64,000 nucleotides of DNA from IMG/VR virus record IMGVR_UViG_3300029288_000086, positions 32,001-96,000 of that record; one strand, given 5' to 3'. The DNA comes from a virus (lineage: Duplodnaviria > Caudoviricetes). Of this stretch, positions 8,456 through 19,014 are shown piece after piece. Each line of letters starts with the position of its first letter. The first letter of the stretch is position 1. The notes beneath the pieces were generated by a model. That model saw only the letters and a list, made by a program, of their open reading frames with translations. It was not told the DNA's origin and ran no database searches. The position numbers and the translations under genes were made by a program.

Positions 8456-11400
8456 ATGAATAATTATATCAATTATCATTCGCATACATCTATGTCGAAC
8501 ATTAGCACTCCAGATAGCGTGATTTCTAATCGAGATCGCGCTATACGTGCTTCTGAATTAAAACAAACAGTTTTGAGCGGCGTGGAACATGGGTGGATGG
8601 GCAAAGTAATTGAAACAATAGAATTATCAAAGGAATTTAATATCAAACCTTTATTGGGTTCTGAAGTTTATGCCGTTAAAAATAGATTTGAAAAAGATAA
8701 AACAAATGCACATCTTATTTTATTAGCGAAAAATGAAAATGGAAGAAAGTCAATCAATAGACTTTTGAGCGAATCAAATGTATCGGGCTTTTATTATAAG
8801 GCAAGATGTGATTTTGAATTATTGTTCAATCTGCCTAAAAATGATGTTTGGGTTACTACGGCTTGTATTGCTGGGTTCCCATGGAAATACGAAGATTCAG
8901 AAAATATAATTGAACAACTATTAGACCACTTTGAAAATAATTTATTTTTAGAAGTACAAAATCATCATACAGATTCACAAAAAATATTAAATAAAAGAAT
9001 CGTTGAATTATCCAATCGTTATCATATTCCACTTATTGCAGGGATGGATAGTCATATGATATATCCTAACCAAGCACAAGAACGAGATGACTATTTATTG
9101 TCTCGCGGTATTGAATATCCAGATGAACAAAACTGGTTTTTAGATTTTCCTTCTTATGAAGAAGCACTACAAAGATTCAAAGACCAAGGTGTTTTGAATG
9201 ATGTAAAAATTGAAGAAGCATTAGATAATACCAATATATTCAATGATGTTAAAGAATATAATTCTATTGTTTTTAATCCCGATATTATTAAACTGCCTAC
9301 TTTATATCCTAATCATAAGCAAGAAGATAAAAATAAAATTCTTGAAACATTAGTTTGGTCTAAATGGGAACAAGAAAAAAACAACATTTTTTCAAGTCAG
9401 CATGCTTATTATGAGGGCGAAATTAGGAAAGAATTAGACACTATTTTCGAAACTAATATGGCTGATTATTTTTTGCTTGATTACGAAGTTATTAAAAAAG
9501 GCAAAGAAATGGGCGGACAAATCACACTAACGGGGCGCGGATCTGCTGTCAGCTTCTATATTTCTAAACTTTTAGATTTTACCACAGTAGACAGAATTGC
9601 GGCGAGTGTCAAATTGTTTCCAGAAAGATTTATTTCCGCAGAGCGATTGTTAGAAACTAAAAGCCTACCCGACATAGACTTTAATTTAGGTAATCCAGAA
9701 GTTTTTGTAAAAGCACAAGAAATTATTATTGGCGAAGGACATAGCTATCCAATGATTGCTTTTGGAACCGTGAAAGCATCTGGAGCATGGAAGTTATTTT
9801 CAAGAATTTCTAACATAGATTTTGATACTGCAAACGATGTTTCAATGCAACTACAAAAATATGACATGGATTTGAAACATGCCGAAAGCGAAGAAGAAAA
9901 AGAATCTCTTGATGTTTTAGATTATATTGAACCTAAATACCATAATATTTTCAATGAAAGCAAAAAATATTTAGGATTAGTGAATTCATTAACTCCCCAT
10001 CCTTGTGCAACACTTCTCTTCAATAATGGAGATATTCGTGAGGAATTTGGTTTAATAAAAATCAAGACAGGCAACGTAGAGCATATTTGTGCGTGTTGTG
10101 ATGGTTTATTTGCAGAAAACTATAAGTTGCTAAAAAATGATTTACTTAAAGTTAATGTTGTAAAATTAATTTATGGCGTATACGAGAGAATTAATTTATG
10201 CCCACATACTATCCCCGAATTATTGAAAGTATGCGAAAATGATAAATCAGTATGGGATGTTTACGCCAATGGTTGGACAAAAGGAATCAATCAATTTGAG
10301 CAAACAGGCACAAGAGGTAGAGCCACTAAATATAAGCCTCACAATATTTCAGAACTTTCGGCTTTTGTCGCTGCCGTAAGACCTGGTTTCAAATCAAATT
10401 ATGATGCTTTTGAAAGCAGGCAAGCATTTGAGTATGGCGTAAAATCTCTTGATGAGTTGATTCAAACAAAAGAATTCCCATATAGTTTTATGATTTATCA
10501 AGAAAACGCTATGCAGGTAATGGCATATGCTGGAATTCCTATCGCCAAAACTTATGAAATTATTAAAAATATCGCTAAAAAACGTGTCGAAAAAGTAAAA
10601 AAATATAAAGATCAATTTATTACTGGAATGAAAAAAAAATTAGTTGATGATGAAAATCTCAACGCCGAAGAAGCAAAAAAAGTTGCTTTAATGACATGGC
10701 AAATTATTGATGATTCTAGCAGATATTCCTTCAACAGTGCGCATGCATATAGTGTAGCGGGAGACTCATTATATGGCGCATATTTGAAGTCGCATTATCC
10801 CCTGGAATTTTATGAAGTATTTTTAAACATTCTTGAAGAAGATGGAGATAAAAACAGGCTATCAGAAGTAAAAATAGAAGCACAAGAAGCATATGGGATA
10901 AAATTTCCTTCACTAAAATTTGGTCAAGATAATCGTAAAATTGTAGCCAATGCTGCTACAAAAGAAATTAATCAATCTATGCAAATTTTAAAAGGTTTTG
11001 GAAATACGGTTGGAGAAAAATTTTATAACCTATCTCTTGATTTTCTCGGCAATGATTTTCTTGAGTTGCTAGTCTATGCGGAAGAAAGTGGATACATGTC
11101 TGCCAAATGGGACAAGCTCATTAAAATTAATTATTTTGATAAATTTGGGAGCAATGGAAAATTATATGAGATTTATAAAGAATTCACAGATGGTGAAAAT
11201 AAATATCAAAAAACTTATGTTGAAAAAACAAAAATAAAAAGATTAGAAACACTAAAAGAAATATGGAATAATTTACCCAATAAAAAAATTCCGTTTAATC
11301 AACAGTTGAAAAATGAATTTGAAATATTGGGAACCATTCAATCTATTTATCCTGAATTAAATAAAAAATATAAAGAAGAAAAATTCCCAACTAAATATTA

Positions 11401-11695
11401 TTATATTAAAGACTTAAATCTTACTTACGCTCCACGGCTAGAATGTTATAATTTGGCTAAAGGAACACAAGGCTCAATTAAAATGTATAAAGCAACGTAC
11501 AACAACAAGCCTTTTTCTGTGGGCGCAATCATAAAATTAAAACAAGGATGGTATGAAGAAAAACCAAACACAAAACCAAACATTAACAATGTTTTTGTTC
11601 CAGATGGAACTGGAACACATTATATTATAAGCAAGTTTGAGTTAGTTACACCAGAAGAATTAGACAAAATATTAGAGGAAAAAACAAATGCCTGA
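8456..11695 (+). CDS. dnaE: DNA polymerase III alpha subunit
   Basis: PHP domain HSH, GRGSA, PDIDF catalytic motif, FNSAHAYS, YLKSHYP. Confidence 0.95.
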   Translation: MNNYINYHSHTSMSNISTPDSVISNRDRAIRASELKQTVLSGVEHGWMGKVIETIELSKEFNIKPLLGSEVYAVKNRFEKDKTNAHLILLAKNENGRKSINRLLSESNVSGFYYKARCDFELLFNLPKNDVWVTTACIAGFPWKYEDSENIIEQLLDHFENNLFLEVQNHHTDSQKILNKRIVELSNRYHIPLIAGMDSHMIYPNQAQERDDYLLSRGIEYPDEQNWFLDFPSYEEALQRFKDQGVLNDVKIEEALDNTNIFNDVKEYNSIVFNPDIIKLPTLYPNHKQEDKNKILETLVWSKWEQEKNNIFSSQHAYYEGEIRKELDTIFETNMADYFLLDYEVIKKGKEMGGQITLTGRGSAVSFYISKLLDFTTVDRIAASVKLFPERFISAERLLETKSLPDIDFNLGNPEVFVKAQEIIIGEGHSYPMIAFGTVKASGAWKLFSRISNIDFDTANDVSMQLQKYDMDLKHAESEEEKESLDVLDYIEPKYHNIFNESKKYLGLVNSLTPHPCATLLFNNGDIREEFGLIKIKTGNVEHICACCDGLFAENYKLLKNDLLKVNVVKLIYGVYERINLCPHTIPELLKVCENDKSVWDVYANGWTKGINQFEQTGTRGRATKYKPHNISELSAFVAAVRPGFKSNYDAFESRQAFEYGVKSLDELIQTKEFPYSFMIYQENAMQVMAYAGIPIAKTYEIIKNIAKKRVEKVKKYKDQFITGMKKKLVDDENLNAEEAKKVALMTWQIIDDSSRYSFNSAHAYSVAGDSLYGAYLKSHYPLEFYEVFLNILEEDGDKNRLSEVKIEAQEAYGIKFPSLKFGQDNRKIVANAATKEINQSMQILKGFGNTVGEKFYNLSLDFLGNDFLELLVYAEESGYMSAKWDKLIKINYFDKFGSNGKLYEIYKEFTDGENKYQKTYVEKTKIKRLETLKEIWNNLPNKKIPFNQQLKNEFEILGTIQSIYPELNKKYKEEKFPTKYYYIKDLNLTYAPRLECYNLAKGTQGSIKMYKATYNNKPFSVGAIIKLKQGWYEEKPNTKPNINNVFVPDGTGTHYIISKFELVTPEELDKILEEKTNA

Positions 11696-11888
11696 ATACA
11701 ACTTTAAATGTACATTATGCAATACAAAATTTTCTATCTTTAGATCAATGAAAGAATCATGGGAAGTATATTGTCCAAAATGCAGAAGTGAACACCTAGA
11801 AAGAATCTTCTTCCCTACTCCTGTCGTATTTAATGGGAAAGGATTTTATAATACAGATTCACGAGCACCCTTGACACCAGAAGAATAG
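11688..11888 (+). CDS. FmdB-family zinc-ribbon protein
   Basis: MPEYNFKC..C...CPKC...FNGKGFYNTD. Confidence 0.85.
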   Translation: MPEYNFKCTLCNTKFSIFRSMKESWEVYCPKCRSEHLERIFFPTPVVFNGKGFYNTDSRAPLTPEE

Positions 11889-11899
11889 TGTGGTAAACT
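11871..11899 (+). promoter_or_regulatory. sigma70-type promoter
   Basis: TTGACA-17 bp-TAAACT with TGTG extension. Confidence 0.8.
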
Positions 11900-11930
11900 T
11901 ATTGTATAAATTAAACGAACAAGGAGAATT

Positions 11931-12374
11931 ATGAATATATATTTAGCACATCCAATTAGTGGGCAGACAAGGGAAGAAATATTTAAATATTATGACCAAG
12001 CAATCTTGGACTTAAAAGATAATTTTAAAGTTTTTCACCCAATGTTGGGCAAAGATTATTTAAGAAATGATCCTAAAGAAAGAGCAAAACCAGCAGGACA
12101 AAATTCACTCAATCCTGTTGCAACAAATCATGCCATTAAAGAACGTGATAAATGGATGGTCACTCAATCTGATGTAGTATTTTTAGATTTTACTGGAGCA
12201 GAAAGAATTTCTATCGGTTGTTGTATGGAACTTGCTTGGGCAGACCTTTTAGGAAAACATACAATTGTTGTAATTGATGAATTGCATAATCATGCATTTG
12301 TATTAGATTGCGCAGACATTGTTTTTAACAATTATAATGAAGCACTTGAATATTTAAAATTATTTAAGTTTTAA
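11931..12374 (+). CDS. nucleoside 2-deoxyribosyltransferase-like protein
   Basis: IYLAHP, SDVV, SIGCCMELAWA...GK. Confidence 0.8.
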   Translation: MNIYLAHPISGQTREEIFKYYDQAILDLKDNFKVFHPMLGKDYLRNDPKERAKPAGQNSLNPVATNHAIKERDKWMVTQSDVVFLDFTGAERISIGCCMELAWADLLGKHTIVVIDELHNHAFVLDCADIVFNNYNEALEYLKLFKF

Positions 12375-12423
12375 CCCCATGAAATGGTATTTTCATGTGG
12401 TACTAAAAATAAAAAGGAAAAAA

Positions 12424-12702
12424 ATGGGAATACGAGATCAGAATAAAAGATTTTATTTGGAATGTGACTGCGGATGTGGAATTTTAGAATTTGAGAGATG
12501 GTATTGGGAAGAAGGCAACGAAGATAATTCCCTATCATTTACTTATTATGTTAGATCCTTTGACGCTTCATGGTTTACTTCTTTTAGACGAAGAATCAAA
12601 CAAGCGTGGAAACTACTAATTGGCGACGATTCATTTGTGTGGAACGTCTGCGTAGAAGAAAAAGATTTAACAAAATTTAAAGAATTTGTAAATTCTATAT
12701 GA
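12424..12702 (+). CDS. hypothetical protein
   Basis: RBS before ATG 12424; flanked by sites 12378 and 12707. Confidence 0.65.
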   Translation: MGIRDQNKRFYLECDCGCGILEFERWYWEEGNEDNSLSFTYYVRSFDASWFTSFRRRIKQAWKLLIGDDSFVWNVCVEEKDLTKFKEFVNSI

Positions 12703-12747
12703 TCACCATAAAATGAAGTTTTCATGGGATAGAGAAAAAGGATAATT

Positions 12748-12942
12748 ATGTTTACACAAAAAATGTATAAAGCATTGCGTAGAGACAATCAAGGGAAAGA
12801 AAATATTATTACTGATCTATTAAATGAAATTGATAGACTAAATAAAGAATTACATCCGGTATGTAATTGTGAAAGATGCACAGGGATAAATGATTATTGT
12901 TTAGAAAGCGAAGATGACAACCCTAGTTTTTCAATGCATTAA
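12748..12942 (+). CDS. hypothetical protein
   Basis: RBS; flanked by sites 12707 and 12952. Confidence 0.65.
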   Translation: MFTQKMYKALRRDNQGKENIITDLLNEIDRLNKELHPVCNCERCTGINDYCLESEDDNPSFSMH

Positions 12943-12991
12943 ATATAACCCCATGAAATCAAACTTTCATTGGATATAGAAAGGAATAATA

Positions 12992-13279
12992 ATGGCATCA
13001 ATATCTTGTGGAGCAGAAACAGATGATATTTTAGATTCAATCTTTGATATATGTATGGACTATACAAAAACGCCTCAAGAAAGAAAAAAGAAAATTTATG
13101 ATGATGTTGTTGGGAAATTAGTATCTTCTTATAATTCAGCAGATCAAATAAGCGAATTTCTTGACAAAGAAGGTGGAGAAGAATGGGAAAGAGCACAAGA
13201 TGAAATGCGTGACAGAGGTAGTTATGGATGGGCGCGTATGGTAATACAAATGATTAAAAATATGCGAGAAGATAATTAA
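12992..13279 (+). CDS. hypothetical protein
   Basis: RBS; flanked by sites 12952 and 13283. Confidence 0.7.
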   Translation: MASISCGAETDDILDSIFDICMDYTKTPQERKKKIYDDVVGKLVSSYNSADQISEFLDKEGGEEWERAQDEMRDRGSYGWARMVIQMIKNMREDN

Positions 13280-13328
13280 CCCTATGAAATAAATGTTTTA
13301 TTGAATTAAATATAAAAAAGGAAAATTT

Positions 13329-13592
13329 ATGAGCTTAACAAATTCTGGAAAATGCGAAAAATGTGGAAAAGATTTTTTTTGGAGCATCGGTAATCCTAGT
13401 TGGTTTTTTGGGAACTGGGAATTAGATTTAAAAATTATGTTTGGAGAATTATTAACAAACGAAGAAAAAGAAATAATAAAAGCAGAAAAGGCAATGAAAG
13501 CATGGTGGTTTTCGGTAAGAAACTTATGCCAAAAGTGTGCTCCTCCTCCGCCTAAAAAAGATGGAATTAAAATATCAATTGGTATGACGTAA
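13329..13592 (+). CDS. hypothetical protein with two CxxC motifs
   Basis: RBS; CEKC and CQKC. Confidence 0.65.
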   Translation: MSLTNSGKCEKCGKDFFWSIGNPSWFFGNWELDLKIMFGELLTNEEKEIIKAEKAMKAWWFSVRNLCQKCAPPPPKKDGIKISIGMT

Positions 13593-13619
13593 TAATTTTT
13601 CTATATACAAAGGATAAAA

Positions 13620-13793
13620 ATGAACGCAATAATTACAGTAAAATTTAAATTATCAGGTGTTTGCGACCCTGAAGATTTAAAAAATACGGGAATGACTTTT
13701 GAGGAAATGGTTCGATACCTAATTTTACAAGAAGGTATTTTTGGACTAGTGGGAGATGACGGAGCAATTATAAATATAGAAGTTTCACAATAA
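13620..13793 (+). CDS. hypothetical protein (57 aa, not in ORF track)
   Basis: AAGGA RBS; fills the gap in the gene string. Confidence 0.55.
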   Translation: MNAIITVKFKLSGVCDPEDLKNTGMTFEEMVRYLILQEGIFGLVGDDGAIINIEVSQ

Positions 13794-13808
13794 TATAAAG
13801 GACAATAT

Positions 13809-14036
13809 ATGATAACCAACGAAATATATAGAGTTTGTAAAACAAAAGAAGATTTTGCAGAAATAAAAGATTTTGATGATTTTGAATCTGCATATACTCA
13901 TTACAGAAAAGATATAGATCAATATATTGCAGGTAAGATAGTTCATAAATATGATTTTGAAGAAGTATTCTTTGATTTTGATAAAAGAAAATATCCACCA
14001 AGAGACCAAATTATAGATATGATAGAGAATACATAA
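13809..14036 (+). CDS. hypothetical protein
   Basis: RBS, co-directional. Confidence 0.6.
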   Translation: MITNEIYRVCKTKEDFAEIKDFDDFESAYTHYRKDIDQYIAGKIVHKYDFEEVFFDFDKRKYPPRDQIIDMIENT

Positions 14037-14045
14037 GGAGACGAT

Positions 14046-14261
14046 ATGGAAAAAGAAGAATATAAGACTTATGTTTGTCAACTCGCAGATCTTCTAGAAG
14101 ATTCACTAGAAGATGCAGATTTTTGGTATAGCGAATGCCCCTTATACGCAGAGCATTCGGAACTATCAATCGCGCATCAGCAAATAAAAACAAAAGCTAC
14201 AGATATTTTACGGCAACTCGACAAGAAAATTCAGGAGGAATTAGCGAATGACGCAAGATGA
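14046..14261 (+). CDS. hypothetical protein
   Basis: AAGGAG RBS. Confidence 0.65.
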   Translation: MEKEEYKTYVCQLADLLEDSLEDADFWYSECPLYAEHSELSIAHQQIKTKATDILRQLDKKIQEELANDAR

Positions 14262-14383
14262 ATTTCAAGAAGTAATCAACGATAATAAGCAAGAAGAGGA
14301 TACATTTTCAATAGGATTATTGCATTTTCCAGATTGGGATAAAATAAAAAGATTAACTGGAAAAAGTAAGGAGGAGTGGCATA

Positions 14384-14806
14384 ATGAAATTTATAGATAA
14401 GCTATTAGAAAGTACTAGGCATGGTAAAATTGATGATGCGTGGAATTTTTTTCCACCAGATAGATACAAATATCGAAGGATGTTTGATCCTCTTACAAAT
14501 CTAAATTTTTCCTTATCTGATAAAGTAATAGAATTTTTTGAAGAAAATAATAAAATAAAAAATAGAGAGAAAAAAGACAAGGGATTGATCATTTTTCCTA
14601 ATGGAGCATCCTTAGAAGTTGATAGAGAAAAACTATTAGAATTAAGTGCTGAATGTAAAAGAGCAATTATCAGGTTTATGGAGCATCTATCATCAGATTA
14701 CGTTAGTGGGAAAATGGAAGCGGATTTGCAAGCAAAACAAGATGCAAAAGATAAGCAAGAATCTAAATCAGAGGAGGCTTCGACGGATGAGGAACAAGAA
14801 GATTAG
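14384..14806 (+). CDS. hypothetical protein
   Basis: AGGAGGAG RBS. Confidence 0.7.
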   Translation: MKFIDKLLESTRHGKIDDAWNFFPPDRYKYRRMFDPLTNLNFSLSDKVIEFFEENNKIKNREKKDKGLIIFPNGASLEVDREKLLELSAECKRAIIRFMEHLSSDYVSGKMEADLQAKQDAKDKQESKSEEASTDEEQED

Positions 14807-15004
14807 TTTGAAATATAAGGCGATGAAGCATCTATTTGAAGATATGAATTATCTTGTTAGTTTAGGTTTTGCAGAATATGTTGCTGATCCAAAAACTGGA
14901 GAAGATGGTTGGCGAATCAATCCAAAAGGCATGGAACTTCTTGAGAATTATCAAGAAAGCACTCATCCCACTCCATGAAATTGAAGTTTCATGGTAATTG
15001 GGTA

Positions 15005-15033
15005 TTGACAAGATAAAGAAAATATGATATAAA
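15005..15033 (+). promoter_or_regulatory. sigma70-type promoter
   Basis: TTGACA-17 bp-TATAAA with TG; 11 bp downstream of site 14974. Confidence 0.75.
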
Positions 15034-15053
15034 TATTACAAGATAGGATAAAA

Positions 15054-15311
15054 ATGGATGTACAAATTAAAAAAGATAATGTTTTTATTGGGATACCAAT
15101 GAAAAATAGAAGATTTGTTGTAGATAAAGAAACTCTGAATACAATATTATCAGACAACGGATTCCAAGAAACATTTTACCTTAATATAAAAAATTTAGGA
15201 AATGAATTATTTTCTATTTATTTTCAAGATAAAAAAGATGTCCCTTTTGATAGGAATAATATTTATTTTCCTGGACACGATAATATAAATATCGAAAGAA
15301 AACTAACATGA
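15054..15311 (+). CDS. hypothetical protein
   Basis: RBS; stop inside site 15307. Confidence 0.65.
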   Translation: MDVQIKKDNVFIGIPMKNRRFVVDKETLNTILSDNGFQETFYLNIKNLGNELFSIYFQDKKDVPFDRNNIYFPGHDNINIERKLT

Positions 15312-15326
15312 AATGGAGATTTCATA

Positions 15327-15548
15327 ATGATAAATACTAGTCAATTTGAAGAAATAAATAAGATTACCGACCCCATAGATGCAGCTAAAAGATATCTCCG
15401 TGCTGTTTCTTTGTTTAGAGACAATTGTGAAACCGACATAAATGAAATAATTTTTGACGATTTAGCATATCGCTTTACAGAAAAATGGGCTGAGATTGTT
15501 TCTAAATTACCCAATGAAAGCGCAATTTCATTGGAGGATAATGGATAA
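15327..15548 (+). CDS. hypothetical protein
   Basis: GGAG RBS lies in the spacer of site 15307; reads through site 15513. Confidence 0.6.
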   Translation: MINTSQFEEINKITDPIDAAKRYLRAVSLFRDNCETDINEIIFDDLAYRFTEKWAEIVSKLPNESAISLEDNG

Positions 15549-15732
15549 AAAATATTGCACAAATTGTATACTAAATTGTAGTAATAAGGCAAATGTTATT
15601 GCTTGTAGTGGGCCAGTTTATAGAGAAAAAGAAGAAATATTAAATGGTTGGAGATTCAGGCATAATAAGAAATTTTATTTTTATTGTCCATCACAAAATG
15701 AATTGATTAAATTAGATTCTATGGAGTAAATT

Positions 15733-15975
15733 ATGGTAAACAATTATTACAAATGGACAGACGAACATATCCAAGAATTAAAAACGAAAGCAAAAAATCT
15801 TGATGGATATATTCTCTACTCTTTATACTGTAACGCATTAGATGAATTATTGTCACTAGCAAAAGAAACTAGTGTCATGTATGATAATCGAAGAGAATTT
15901 GAAGAAAAATATCGCAATTTATATAACATATTAGAAAAAGTTCAAGACGAAATAAATGATAACTTTCAACAATAA
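15733..15975 (+). CDS. hypothetical protein
   Basis: GGAG RBS; stop inside site 15971. Confidence 0.65.
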   Translation: MVNNYYKWTDEHIQELKTKAKNLDGYILYSLYCNALDELLSLAKETSVMYDNRREFEEKYRNLYNILEKVQDEINDNFQQ

Positions 15976-15999
15976 AACTATTATTTCATGAGGTAAAAT

Positions 16000-16272
16000 A
16001 TGACAAAATGTTCTGCAATTATTCAGTTTGGTGATGATTATGGCGATAATCATTGCACATTTCATTGTCAGTTAGATGAAGGTCATTCAGACGAACATTT
16101 AGAAATTGGTAATATGTATGGGGTTCCTTATCGCCTAGAATGGGTTGGTGATATGACGGAAAAGGAAATTGATGAATCTGGATTGAGTTTGATTAAAGAA
16201 GAAGATAGAGATGAATTGCCTACTGTTATGGAAGACGCAATGATGAAGGCAATAAGAAATAAAAGCACATAA
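16000..16272 (+). CDS. hypothetical protein
   Basis: GAGG RBS; flanked by sites 15971 and 16268. Confidence 0.7.
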   Translation: MTKCSAIIQFGDDYGDNHCTFHCQLDEGHSDEHLEIGNMYGVPYRLEWVGDMTEKEIDESGLSLIKEEDRDELPTVMEDAMMKAIRNKST

Positions 16273-16295
16273 AACGACCATTTCATGAGGATAAT

Positions 16296-16829
16296 TTGGC
16301 ATATTATACAGGCATTGGATCTAGAGAAACACCGCAAGAGATTTTAGACTTATTTATTATTGTAGGAAGATTCTTAGCACAAAAGAATTTTACATTACGA
16401 TCAGGTCATGCAAAAGGTGCAGATCAGGCATTCGAAATAGGATGTGATAAAGTAAAAGGTAAAAAAGAAATATACATTCCTTGGAAAAATTTTGAAAACT
16501 CCGATTCTAGCTTAATAGTATCAAAGCCTAAAGCCTTTGAAATAGGAGAGAAATTTCATCCCGCATGGGGCAATCTGTCAGATGGTGCTAGAAAATTACA
16601 GGCAAGAAATAGTCACCAAATACTAGGTGAAGAATTATGCGAGTTGCCTGATTTTGTAATTTGCTGGACTAAAAAAGGAAAAGGTTCTGGGGGAACAGGA
16701 CAAGCAATAAGAATTGCAAAATATTATAACGTGCCAATATTTGATGCAGGAGCTTATAATAGCATCGAGGAAGTAAAAAAAGAATTAAAAATATTTTTGT
16801 TGCCGAGGATAAAAAGTGAGAGAATATAA
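16296..16829 (+). CDS. SLOG/DprA-like Rossmann-fold protein
   Basis: YTGIGSRETP, LRSGHAKGAD, ARN, GGTGQAIRIA. Confidence 0.8.
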   Translation: MAYYTGIGSRETPQEILDLFIIVGRFLAQKNFTLRSGHAKGADQAFEIGCDKVKGKKEIYIPWKNFENSDSSLIVSKPKAFEIGEKFHPAWGNLSDGARKLQARNSHQILGEELCELPDFVICWTKKGKGSGGTGQAIRIAKYYNVPIFDAGAYNSIEEVKKELKIFLLPRIKSERI

Positions 16830-17088
16830 AGAAATTAATACTAAAAAATTAGTAGAATCAAAACTTGTCTGCAATAAATGTGGTTTGACTTATGATGATG
16901 AAAAATCAGAACATGATTATGAAGAATGGCAATGGGAAACAATGTTCCCATTCAAAATCCATTTCGGATATTCAACAAAACATGATTTAGAAAACTGGGA
17001 ATTTGATTTATGCGAAAAGTGCATTGAAGAAATTGTATCCACTTTTAAAATTCAACCAAAAGTAGAAAATTATGATCCGTTTCATTAA
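16816..17088 (+). CDS. hypothetical Zn-binding protein
   Basis: CNKC and DLCEKC. Confidence 0.65.
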   Translation: MREYKEINTKKLVESKLVCNKCGLTYDDEKSEHDYEEWQWETMFPFKIHFGYSTKHDLENWEFDLCEKCIEEIVSTFKIQPKVENYDPFH

Positions 17089-17096
17089 AGGGCAAT

Positions 17097-17381
17097 ATGA
17101 CAACAAAAGTAGTTCATTGTAAAAAAGAAAAATATGATATTTATATTGGCAGACCTTCTATTTGGGGCAATCCTTTTAGTTGGAAAGAAAGAACTTTAGC
17201 AAAATATCAATGCAAAGACAGGGAAGATTCTTTGCGATTATATAGAGAATACGCATTAAACAATACTGAAATTATGCGAAGATTACCAGAATTAAAAGAC
17301 AAAGTTTTAGGATGTTGGTGTAAGCCATTGGCTTGTCATGGTGACGTGTTAATTGAAATTATGAAGGATAATAACATATGA
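17097..17381 (+). CDS. DUF4326 family protein
   Basis: YIGRPSIWGNPF and LGCWCKPLACHGDVL. Confidence 0.9.
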   Translation: MTTKVVHCKKEKYDIYIGRPSIWGNPFSWKERTLAKYQCKDREDSLRLYREYALNNTEIMRRLPELKDKVLGCWCKPLACHGDVLIEIMKDNNI

Positions 17382-17851
17382 TAAGAATAATCGAAGATGA
17401 TATTTTCAATTCACCCATAAACACCATTATTTGCCATCAAGTAAATTGCCAAGGTGTCATGGGAAGCGGTATTGCTAAGGAAATTAAATCTCGTTATCCG
17501 TCCGTATATGAACAATATAAATCTTTTTGTGGCAGTTTAGATAGAAAGTACCTTTTAGGAATGGGACATTTGTCCATAGACAATCGCACCAATAGAGTTA
17601 TTGGAAATTTATTTGGGCAAGATGGTTATGGGAAAGGGTTGCAAACAGATTATTTTGCTTTACAATCTGCTCTCGGAGATGTAAAGAAATTTGCAAAAGA
17701 TCATCACCTCCTTGTCGCTATACCGTTCGGTATAGGGCGTGGTTTTGGAGGTGGAGATTGGAATATTGTGTATAAAATAATAGAAACCGTTTTTGAAGAT
17801 TATGACAATGTTGTTATTTATAAGCTACCAGATGAAACACGCATTTCATGA
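17378..17851 (+). CDS. macro domain protein (ADP-ribose processing)
   Basis: ICHQVNCQGVMGSGIA, NLFGQ, IG.G.GGGDW. Confidence 0.9.
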   Translation: MIRIIEDDIFNSPINTIICHQVNCQGVMGSGIAKEIKSRYPSVYEQYKSFCGSLDRKYLLGMGHLSIDNRTNRVIGNLFGQDGYGKGLQTDYFALQSALGDVKKFAKDHHLLVAIPFGIGRGFGGGDWNIVYKIIETVFEDYDNVVIYKLPDETRIS

Positions 17852-17860
17852 GGTAAAAAT

Positions 17861-18148
17861 ATGAAAAAAGAAGAGTTCATAAAGAAAGTTAAACAAATTT
17901 CTAACCCTAGGATTATAGAAAGTATGGATGAATATTTAATTCTTCTAAATACTTATTGGGTCGTTGAAAGTGCAGATTTTGGTAATTTTGATCATTTCTG
18001 TACGCCACCAGTAAAACTTTCTTATAAACCTCATGAGGGTGGATCCGCTGTTCAAAAGAAAATTGACAATTTTTATAAACGAGAATCCGCACTTAGAGAA
18101 AAATATTTTAGATGGTTTGATGAAGCAATTAATAAGGAGAATATATGA
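17861..18148 (+). CDS. hypothetical protein
   Basis: GAGG RBS after site 17831. Confidence 0.65.
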   Translation: MKKEEFIKKVKQISNPRIIESMDEYLILLNTYWVVESADFGNFDHFCTPPVKLSYKPHEGGSAVQKKIDNFYKRESALREKYFRWFDEAINKENI

Positions 18149-18339
18149 ATATAGATTTAGAGAATGTTAAGATTTATGAAGCTTTTAGACGATGCATAAA
18201 TAGTACACCACTAGAAGAAATTCATTGGTTTGAGAATGGTGAGGAAGTTGTTATTGATAAAGAAGTTATAAGTGAGTTTGAAGATATTGGATTAAACAAT
18301 ATTGATTTTGCTACAATGAAGTATTGGAAAAGGGTATAA
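18145..18339 (+). CDS. hypothetical protein
   Basis: AAGGAG RBS, coupled. Confidence 0.65.
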   Translation: MNIDLENVKIYEAFRRCINSTPLEEIHWFENGEEVVIDKEVISEFEDIGLNNIDFATMKYWKRV

Positions 18340-18340
18340 T

Positions 18341-18673
18341 GTGAAAACTAAATTTAAATTAGCAGGAAGTTCAGCCAACGTGGTTTTACGTGATGGAAAA
18401 ATATTTTATGATAGAAAGTATGCAGATGATTATTTAGTTTGCGAACAAGCCGAAACATCAAATGTTTTCTCTTTTCAAGAACATTTTTTGCCCATGATAA
18501 AAAAGACCACACAATCCTCTTCATTTGAAGACGGCAGATATCATGTTTATTTTACGGGAACGGTTGTTTGGAACGGTGGGCATAATAGTGAAAGCGGAAT
18601 CTGGGAGGGTTGGGATAAACCAGAATTAGATTATGTGCATTGGAAAAAACTAAATGACACCATGAAAGAATAG
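18341..18673 (+). CDS. hypothetical protein
   Basis: Coupled; stop in the spacer of site 18661. Confidence 0.6.
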   Translation: MKTKFKLAGSSANVVLRDGKIFYDRKYADDYLVCEQAETSNVFSFQEHFLPMIKKTTQSSSFEDGRYHVYFTGTVVWNGGHNSESGIWEGWDKPELDYVHWKKLNDTMKE

Positions 18674-18697
18674 TTTCATGGGCCTAAAAGGAGAAGA

Positions 18698-18904
18698 ATG
18701 AAAGAAATTGAAGAAATTCACGAATTAGATAACCTAAAAATTATTACAATGAGATATGTCACTAGTGAATATGGTAGCCATTATGAAATAGAATTAGAAG
18801 GTGGAATTTTTGCTAATTTCCATGGCGGAAGTGTTGGCTATGAAAACGCAACTCCATGGTATTACATGGAAAAAAGAAATAAGTTAGAATTATTAGACAC
18901 TTGA
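18698..18904 (+). CDS. hypothetical protein
   Basis: AAGGAG RBS. Confidence 0.65.
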   Translation: MKEIEEIHELDNLKIITMRYVTSEYGSHYEIELEGGIFANFHGGSVGYENATPWYYMEKRNKLELLDT

Positions 18905-18929
18905 TAAATAAACACATCTATGATAATAT
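18901..18929 (+). promoter_or_regulatory. sigma70-type promoter for tRNA-Trp
   Basis: TTGATA-17 bp-TAATAT with TG, ending 9 bp before the tRNA. Confidence 0.65.
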
Positions 18930-18938
18930 TATAGGTAT

Positions 18939-19014
18939 GGGACGTTAGCGCAATTGGTAGAGCACTCGCCTCCAAAGCGAATGGTTAGGGGTTCAAGTCC
19001 TCTACGTCCCGCCA
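18939..19014 (+). tRNA. tRNA-Trp (CCA)
   Basis: GGGACGT/ACGTCCC acceptor, loop CTCCAAA, GGTTCAAGTCC, G73 and encoded CCA. Confidence 0.92.
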